Positions 1-6,900 of a DNA stretch of 15,239 nucleotides are shown here, piece after piece. Origin of the DNA: Clostridia bacterium (GTDB lineage Bacteria > Bacillota > Clostridia > Christensenellales > Aristaeellaceae). The notes under the pieces were generated by a model. The model was not told the origin of the DNA, did no database searches, and saw nothing but the letters and a program-made list of their open reading frames with translations. The translations under genes were made by a program, and so were the position numbers. Location of the stretch: positions 6,901 through 22,139 of the forward strand of contig JAUNDF010000033.1 in assembly GCA_030526225.1 (NCBI GenBank), given 5' to 3'. Within the stretch, counting starts at the first letter, position 1; each line of letters starts with the position of its first letter.

Positions 1-2
1 CC

Positions 3-206
3 CCTGAAGAAACCGCAACCCCTGAAGAAACCACTGCACCCGATGACACTGCCGCACCGGAAGCACCCGCTGCTGTGGTGCTGACCGATGAAGCCACCGG
101 CGTGTCGGTTTCCATCGAAGCAGAGCAGCTGGCAGAAGGCATTGTGCCTGTCCTGTCTGTTGAAGTGGCTGATGTGGAAATTGGGGGGGGCGGAAACCGA
201 ACGTGA
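3..206 (+). CDS. Giant cell-surface adhesin, upstream segment (5'-truncated by window edge; frame +3), terminated prematurely after a G8 tract
   Basis: Frame +3 is open from the window edge: PEETATPEETTAPDDTAAPEAPAAVVLTDEATGVSVSIEAEQLAEGIVPVLSVEVADVEIGGGGNRT*. The VLTDEATG...EGIVPVL motif is the same module start that recurs in frame +1 at 436, 799 and 1198. The frame reaches TGA at 204-206 only because of the 8-G run at 183-190. Confidence 0.7.
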   Translation, partial: PEETATPEETTAPDDTAAPEAPAAVVLTDEATGVSVSIEAEQLAEGIVPVLSVEVADVEIGGGGNRT

Positions 207-1587
207 CAGCCTGACCGGTCTGTCCTATGCAATCTCCCTGAAGGATGAAACCTCCGGTGAACCTGTTGCGGCAGAGGTGACCCTCTCTGTGCCTGTGGGG
301 GATAATCAGCTGCTGCTGGATGAAGAACTGCATGTGGTGGAATTGCCTGCTGCCATCATGCTGCCTGTAACCATTTATATCGTAGATTCTGATAAAACGG
401 CTGATGATGCCGAAGACGAAATCGCCCTGCTTGAAATGACCGACGAGGCCACCGGCCTGACGGCTGCCATCTCTGCCGATGCTCTGGCGGAGGGCATGGT
501 GCCTGTGCTGATGGTGGAGCAGACCGAAATCTACGAAGAGGAGCTGCCCGAGCTTGCAGACCTCTTTGATGGTGCACCTGTCAAGGCTTATGCTTTGGTG
601 GTGACCCTGATGGACGAAGTGACCGGCGAAACCATTGAGACCACGGCGAAGCTGTCACTGCCTGTTGAAGCCGGCACCCATCTGTATTATGCAAGCCTTG
701 CCACGGTGGAGGAGCAGCCCTTTATGGCTACCCTGCCCGTAACGCTGATTGTCGCGGCTGCCGAAGAGGAAGCTGCTGAGGAAGCACAGCCCATCGTATT
801 GACCGATGAAGCCACCGGCTTGACCGTTACCCTTGATGCCGCTGAAGTCGGCGAGGGCATTGTGCCTGTGCTGGCTGTGGAAGACCCCGCCGCTTATGAA
901 GCAAACGAAGAAGCTGATGCTGATACAACGGAAGAGGAAGAAGCACCCGAACAGCAGGTGTCCGGCAGCCTGTCCGGCGAAGCTGTAACGGCTTATTTCG
1001 TGCGCGTGTATGATGAAGCCACCGGCGAAAACCTGACTGTCAATGCGCTGGCAGAAATGCCTGTGGCGGATGATGCTGTGCTGTCCCTGGAGGATGGCAC
1101 GGTGATTACGGAGCAGCCCTTCGCCATCGTTTTGCCCGGCATGCTTTCCATCACCGCCAAGGTGGAGAATGCACAGCCCCAGCCCGCAACCTATGAGCTG
1201 ACCGATGAAGCCACCGGCGTGGTGGTTCGCTTTACGGCGGATGCACTGCCGGAAGGCATTCTGCCCGAGAATGTGGCCGTTACGGCGCAGCAGGTGGAGC
1301 TGGATGAGGACACCATTGCCGCCCTGACCGAGGCCGGCCGCACCATTTCCTATTATGTGGCCTATGATATTACCCTGCTGGACACCGCCACCGGCATGGC
1401 CTTTGAGCCTGTGGCACCCATCAGCGTGACCATGCCTGCCCAGCCGGAGAGCGAGGAGAACCCCCTGACCCTGGCCCATATCGATGACAACAAGACCATC
1501 GAGCAGCTGGATGCCTTTGACGTGGAAGATGGTCAGGTATCCTTCCAGGCGGAATCCTTCTCCGTGTATGTGCTGGCCGAGCAGGGC
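75..1587 (+). repeat. Four divergent tandem protein modules of about 120-135 aa (starts at about 75, 421, 793, 1192) in the adhesin N-terminal region
   Basis: The DNA word (c/t)tgaccgatgaagccaccggc recurs at 81-101, 799-819 and 1198-1218, with a variant accgacgaggccaccggc at 439-456. Each module has the form xLTDEATGxxVxxxAxxLxEG(I/M)(V/L)P + acidic linker + xxAYxxxVxLxDExTGExxxxxAxLxxPV. An 18-nt imperfect tandem (cccctgaagaaacc...) at 1-36 encodes PEETAT/PEETTA. Confidence 0.85.
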
Positions 1588-3936
1588 GAGACTCCGCTGA
1601 GCTATGAGTACAGTGTCCAATGGAGCAACGGCATCAGCGCCAGCGTGGTGGATTACAGCTACCGCGAAGAGAACGGCCGCCAGGTGCTGCATTTCCATCC
1701 GGCAACGAATGGCCCCAAGACTGCCACCCTTAACTTTCAGGTGACGGTGCACGGCTCCGACAACCTTTTTCTGGAGGTTGGCGCGGTGAAGGTGCGCGTG
1801 CCCAAAAACATCTTTACCGACCGGTACGGTACCACCAATGTGCTGGCGGATAATACCGCAAAGCCCGGATATGCTCCCTTTACAAGTTGGCAGCCTTCTC
1901 TTACATGGCAGCTGGTGGAGGCTCCCCAAGTCAGCAGTATTTGCGACTTTAACTATACGGAGGACCCCGCTGACCCCGACTACTACATTGTGACCAATTA
2001 CAAACGCCTGCCTGCCGGTGACAACCTGTTCTCGGTGGATATCGGCTACCGCTTTACCCCTACCCGCATTCAGGGCGGCTATGTGGTATCCGGTACCTAT
2101 GGCACAGCAGATGCCGTGTACGATACGGACAGTCACTTTGTCAAGGAAGTCCCCATCACCCTGACCATCGACAACAGTCAGGTGGATAATACAACGCCTG
2201 TTGTGACAGATACCATCTACAACAAGGTGGAGGTGCATACCCGCTCTGTCACCGCGGAAAGCAATCGCCAGCCCACCAAGTACACGGCCATGGCCGGCAA
2301 CGACCAGAACGGCGGCGTGTACATGGCATGGCAGTCCTCCTGGGGCAGCAAACCTGCCGATGCAGATGACTACTTCTATGTTATCTGGCAGGCAGATTTA
2401 AACCGCTACCATTACATGAGCCAGCCCTATGATATTCAGCTGGGCATGAAGGAAGGCACGCTGGCTGTTACTCCCTACAAGGAGTTTGTCAGCAAGCAGT
2501 ACCGCAATCCCCTGCAGAATGATGCCGGCAATGATATCACCTACAATGCCGAGCTGATTGGCGTAACCTATTACGGAAACGGCACCATAAAGAAAAATGA
2601 CGAAACCGGCGAGTTTGAAATGTACTATGGTCCCGGTTTTTCGGAAGGAGCTACCAGCACTGGCTTAAAAACGAAGGGCTATCAGGGAATTGCTTCCGGC
2701 GATTACCTGAGCCGCTTGTGCAAATTTGCCGCCATTGATGATCAGGATCAGGAGCATCCCGTCTATGAATACAGACGGCAATATACCAACAGTGTTAACT
2801 ACGGCGCTCAAAATTATTTGAGTTACGGCTTTTTGGTGCGCTATCCCAGAACCATGCTGGATGATGTTGACAGAATCTGGGGGACAGATGTGCTGTTGGG
2901 TGACGGCATTAAGCTGAAGCCCCCGGTGCTGACCTGGGAGGAAACCCCTCGTGACGGCGGCGCAAGCCGGAACGGCGAGTTTACCGGCAGCAGCCCAGTA
3001 ACCATTCGCCGGATTGCGAACGGCGGTGCTCCCGGCTTCAGCAAATTTATGTCCGAGAACGTTGCAAATGCTGATAACGGACCTACCAAGGGCGGTCAGG
3101 AAGCGCTGCTGAGAGGACTCACGGTTCACAGAGGCATGTATTACAATGTTGCCTCAAAGCCGCGCATCATGCCCAACTGGAATGCCGAAACACAGGAATA
3201 TTTCTTTGACAGCCCGTGGCGCACCATCATTACGGATGATGTGTCCCAAATGTATCTGCACTCCCGGCTGAAGGGCAGTACCATCAGCAATGCAAGGGCT
3301 GATTATGACAAGACATATGGCGGAAAAATCGCGCCTCCTGAGCAGCTGCAGGAGGGAGATGTTTATTTCTATAAAGTGGTCTTTTCCGGAAGCATTGCTG
3401 AATATGATGCCAGCTTTGCCGGGGGAGACTGGTCAATGGCTGCTGTTGCATCCACTGATTACGCAAAGTTGGCCAAGTATCCCTATGAAATATGGATTCG
3501 CTACGAGGGAACAAGCGAATTTGTGCATTATCAGGATTTGTGGCTTCGTGCAGGGAACAATTGCGGTACAATGGATGTCAAAACGCCTGACGGTACCATT
3601 GTGCAAAAGAACGTATTGCTTTCTGCCGGAACTACACTGCCTGACAAGGTATGCGGTGTAAAGGTGATTCACGACAGCGAATTCCTGAAGAGCACATATT
3701 CCTTCTTGTTTTATGCCCGTCTGCGAGGCACTGAACATGTCAGACAGCGTGTATTGCTGGATAAGGTGAACAGCCAGAATCCTGACATGGATACCTTTGA
3801 CGGAACCTACTGGACAGACTTCGGCAAATATGAAATAACACAGGCAGGCGCCGCACCCTATTACAATTATGAGTATGACAGCCTGGTTACCGGTGTTGCG
3901 GCACGTACCCGCCGATACGACCCCTTGGATGTGTAG
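88..3936 (+). CDS. Giant cell-surface adhesin, middle segment. Real frame +1 coding starts at about 190 after the G8 tract. Contains acidic-linker repeat modules, then a large unique beta-rich region
   Basis: 3.8-kb open frame. Track residues 1-34 (MKPPACRF...KLGG) are just the out-of-frame reading of the frame +3 module. From about 190 the protein (AETERDSLTGLSYAISLKDETSGEPV...) matches the second half of the repeated module. The modules have LTDEATG starts, E/D/A/P-rich linkers and a terminal ...FQAESFSVYVLA motif, typical of Firmicute surface proteins. No start codon, RBS or signal peptide is needed or visible. Ends at TAG 3934-3936. Confidence 0.85.
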   Translation: MKPPACRFPSKQSSWQKALCLSCLLKWLMWKLGGAETERDSLTGLSYAISLKDETSGEPVAAEVTLSVPVGDNQLLLDEELHVVELPAAIMLPVTIYIVDSDKTADDAEDEIALLEMTDEATGLTAAISADALAEGMVPVLMVEQTEIYEEELPELADLFDGAPVKAYALVVTLMDEVTGETIETTAKLSLPVEAGTHLYYASLATVEEQPFMATLPVTLIVAAAEEEAAEEAQPIVLTDEATGLTVTLDAAEVGEGIVPVLAVEDPAAYEANEEADADTTEEEEAPEQQVSGSLSGEAVTAYFVRVYDEATGENLTVNALAEMPVADDAVLSLEDGTVITEQPFAIVLPGMLSITAKVENAQPQPATYELTDEATGVVVRFTADALPEGILPENVAVTAQQVELDEDTIAALTEAGRTISYYVAYDITLLDTATGMAFEPVAPISVTMPAQPESEENPLTLAHIDDNKTIEQLDAFDVEDGQVSFQAESFSVYVLAEQGETPLSYEYSVQWSNGISASVVDYSYREENGRQVLHFHPATNGPKTATLNFQVTVHGSDNLFLEVGAVKVRVPKNIFTDRYGTTNVLADNTAKPGYAPFTSWQPSLTWQLVEAPQVSSICDFNYTEDPADPDYYIVTNYKRLPAGDNLFSVDIGYRFTPTRIQGGYVVSGTYGTADAVYDTDSHFVKEVPITLTIDNSQVDNTTPVVTDTIYNKVEVHTRSVTAESNRQPTKYTAMAGNDQNGGVYMAWQSSWGSKPADADDYFYVIWQADLNRYHYMSQPYDIQLGMKEGTLAVTPYKEFVSKQYRNPLQNDAGNDITYNAELIGVTYYGNGTIKKNDETGEFEMYYGPGFSEGATSTGLKTKGYQGIASGDYLSRLCKFAAIDDQDQEHPVYEYRRQYTNSVNYGAQNYLSYGFLVRYPRTMLDDVDRIWGTDVLLGDGIKLKPPVLTWEETPRDGGASRNGEFTGSSPVTIRRIANGGAPGFSKFMSENVANADNGPTKGGQEALLRGLTVHRGMYYNVASKPRIMPNWNAETQEYFFDSPWRTIITDDVSQMYLHSRLKGSTISNARADYDKTYGGKIAPPEQLQEGDVYFYKVVFSGSIAEYDASFAGGDWSMAAVASTDYAKLAKYPYEIWIRYEGTSEFVHYQDLWLRAGNNCGTMDVKTPDGTIVQKNVLLSAGTTLPDKVCGVKVIHDSEFLKSTYSFLFYARLRGTEHVRQRVLLDKVNSQNPDMDTFDGTYWTDFGKYEITQAGAAPYYNYEYDSLVTGVAARTRRYDPLDV
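183..190 (+). repeat. Homopolymeric G8 tract at the frame +3 to frame +1 junction of the adhesin gene
   Basis: Sequence is att GGGGGGGG cgg. The upstream module is in frame +3 and the downstream continuation is in frame +1. Seven or ten Gs would give one continuous frame. Confidence 0.95.
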
Positions 3937-3966
3937 ACAAGTATTACCAAGACTGTCACCGGTTCA

Positions 3967-6900
3967 GTGGTTGATAACCCGGCAACCGGCATACAGTCGC
4001 AAAATGTAAAATTCTATATCCAGCAGCGTGGCAATACCAGTGTAGCAGATGAAATCATGGACCCGGTTGTGCTGAAGGACGGCATCTTCTACGATTTGTT
4101 GCCCGGCGGCACTGAAGTCGATCCATCTACAGTGCGCGTGATTAACGGCAGTTCCTCAGCCAATGCACTTCCTTCCTCTGCGTACAGCGTATCCTTTGAT
4201 TATGACTGGCAGGCCACCGGCCAAACCATGATGATGGTTGAATTCCATCAGCCGGAGGAAAAACGCGCATGGTCTGCGGTGCGGGAAAATGCTATTCAGA
4301 CTATTCAGGTCACCTACACAATGACCAACAGCTACGATAACATCCGTGACCGCGGCATCAACGTGGTCAATACTGTTGGTTATCTGAACCTGAACGAACA
4401 AAGCATGGTAAATGCCGCTGCCGCATACAAGCTGAACAAAATTACCTTCCGGGATGCTTACCAAAGCCTGTATGATGCTCACCCCAATGATATGCTCTTC
4501 ACGCAGTGTTCCTTCAACTTTAAGCCCGTGGGCGTAAAGCAGACCGGCTACAGCAAGATGGTCAAGTCGGATACGGTTAATGTGTACAGCAGCAAGAGCC
4601 GTGCACTGCCCGGTGACAGCTACCGCTATTGGATTGGCTACACCACCGCCGGCAATACCACCGCCGACCGGATTGTCATCTACGATGAGCTGGAAACCTA
4701 TGTGAACACAGAAAACGGCACCCAAAGCGAATGGCAGGGCGTGCTGACCGGCGTGGATATCGGCGCTATCAAGGGCAAGGTCAGCTACTATGACGAGAGC
4801 GACCCCAATGCCGTGCCCGCTTATCTGGCACCGGTGGTGTATTATTCCACCCAGACCAACCCGGTGCGGAATGTGGATGACAGCTCTGTGTGGACCAGCG
4901 TGCGCCCGGCAAACCTTGCTTCTGTCAAGGCCATTGCCATTGACTGCCGCTACAACAGCGATGGCAGCGAATTCCGCCTTGGCCCCAGCAACACCGGCGA
5001 TGCCTACAACAAGCTGAACATTTACGTTACCATGAAGGCACCCACAGACAGCAATTTGTTCAACAAAACCACCATGAACGAGTCTGTGGTAACCGCCCGC
5101 ACCTACACCGGGTATGTACCCACGGCGGCAGCCGGCACGGAGACACTGTCTGCCCATTGCCAGCTGACACTGGTGGAGCCTGCGCTTTTCCTGCACAAGT
5201 GGCAAGGGAATGCCACATTGCCCACAAATGACCAGCCCAATGCTGACAACAGCGCACCTTGGCGCCAACAGATTTACAACCGCAGCGGCCTTTGGTATCG
5301 CATTCTGATTGCCAACACCGATGCCGAGCTGGAGTATAAACGCGTGGTGCTGGAGGATGATATCCCTGCCGGCATGAGCGTGAACCTGAGTGCCTCCAAG
5401 CAGTACATTTATACGCTGAAGGACCCCAATGTCAGCTACGATACGGGTACCAACCGCACCTACATTGTCAATGGTACTTTCTTGAGTACTGCCAACAGCT
5501 ACCTGGATGCGGAAGTAACGAAAAACGCAGACGGTACACAGCATGTGCGGGTGACCATCAACAAGATGAAGCCCGGTGTGTACTACGATATTCGCCTCAG
5601 CTGCAGCACCGCTTTCTCCTTTACCGACATGACCTATACAAACACGGCAAAGGTGACCTCCGTCAACGGCACTGCGGTAAACAAGGAATCCAATACCGTG
5701 GTCATGGATGGTGCTGTGCGCTATCAGGTGAACTACAACTATATCACCAAGGATGCAGCAAACAAGACCATTGAATACCCGCCGAATGGTCTGTATACCC
5801 CCAAGCCTGCCGCATCTGCCACCACACTGGCCTATGACGATGCCTACACCCTGGCCGATGTCAGCGCTACGGCAGATTACAAGGTCATCAACAAAGTCAA
5901 AACGCCCGGCACATGGCGTTTCCTTGGCTGGTACCGCTCAACTGCTGAAGCACAGGAGGCTTATGCCGCCGGTGCACCCACGACCAAGGCCATCAGCATG
6001 AACAAGGTGGCTGATTTCTTCGACCTGTCTGCTTGTGTTTCCGGTGATTACTATTTCGCCAATACAGGTAATGGAGCGACCAACTTTGCACAGGCCGTCA
6101 ACAACATTGCCGCCATTCAGGATACAGATGCCGGCAAGGTGAAGCTGTACCAGTGGAATGGGGGGGTGGTGACCACCAGTACCACGCTGCCCACACCCTG
6201 GACCTACTACATGCTGCCCGTGTATGGCTGCTACATTTTCGAGCCCACGGTGTACAGCATCAGCTATGTGGTAAACCCGGACAGCACCTGGGGCATTCCC
6301 GCAGGCTCTCCTGCCGTGGTTGATGCCCATACCAACCTTGCCTACCTGAGCAATACCACCCTGAAGGATGCCCTGTCGACCACCGTCACCTACGCCACCT
6401 CTGCCGCCACCGGCACGGATCAGGTGCCCGGCGTGTGGACCTTCACCGGCTGGCAGGATGAAAGCGGCAAGGCTGTGACCGAGGTCAACGGCATCAATCG
6501 CGACTGGACTGTATCCGGTCAGTGGACCTTTACACCCATCACCTACACCCTTGATTATTCCGTCAAGGCTGACCCTGTATGGGGCAAGCCTGCCGCAGAC
6601 AGAACCAAGGCAACCCCCGCACAGGTCACCGGCATCAACTGGGATGGCACAGTCACCCTTGCCGCAGGCCTGACCACCACGGACGGCAATGCGCGCCGCA
6701 GTGATGGTGAAAACGTCCCCGGCGTATGGTCCTTTGTGGGCTGGTCTGCGGATGAAGCCGCACTGGCCGCCGGCACAACCATCACCGCCAGCGAACACAT
6801 CAAGGAAAACCGCACCGTGTACGGCAAGTGGGTCTTTACGCCCACCACCTACAATGTGCATTATCAGGTTGCAGGGGACAGCACCTGGGGCATCCCCGAA

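Noticed and set aside
3290-3661. Short internal ORFs nested in the adhesin on either strand (for example 3290..3661, 2665..3129, 3433..3738, 4790..5017, 6689..6958)
   Set aside because: They are out-of-frame overlaps of a strongly supported long CDS, with no independent signals.
3934-3936. Pyrrolysine as the explanation for the in-frame TAGs
   Set aside because: The host genes are an adhesin, an SBP and a DUF4417-like remnant, not methylamine methyltransferases, and no pyl genes are in the window. It cannot be excluded without the whole genome, but it is not the favoured reading.
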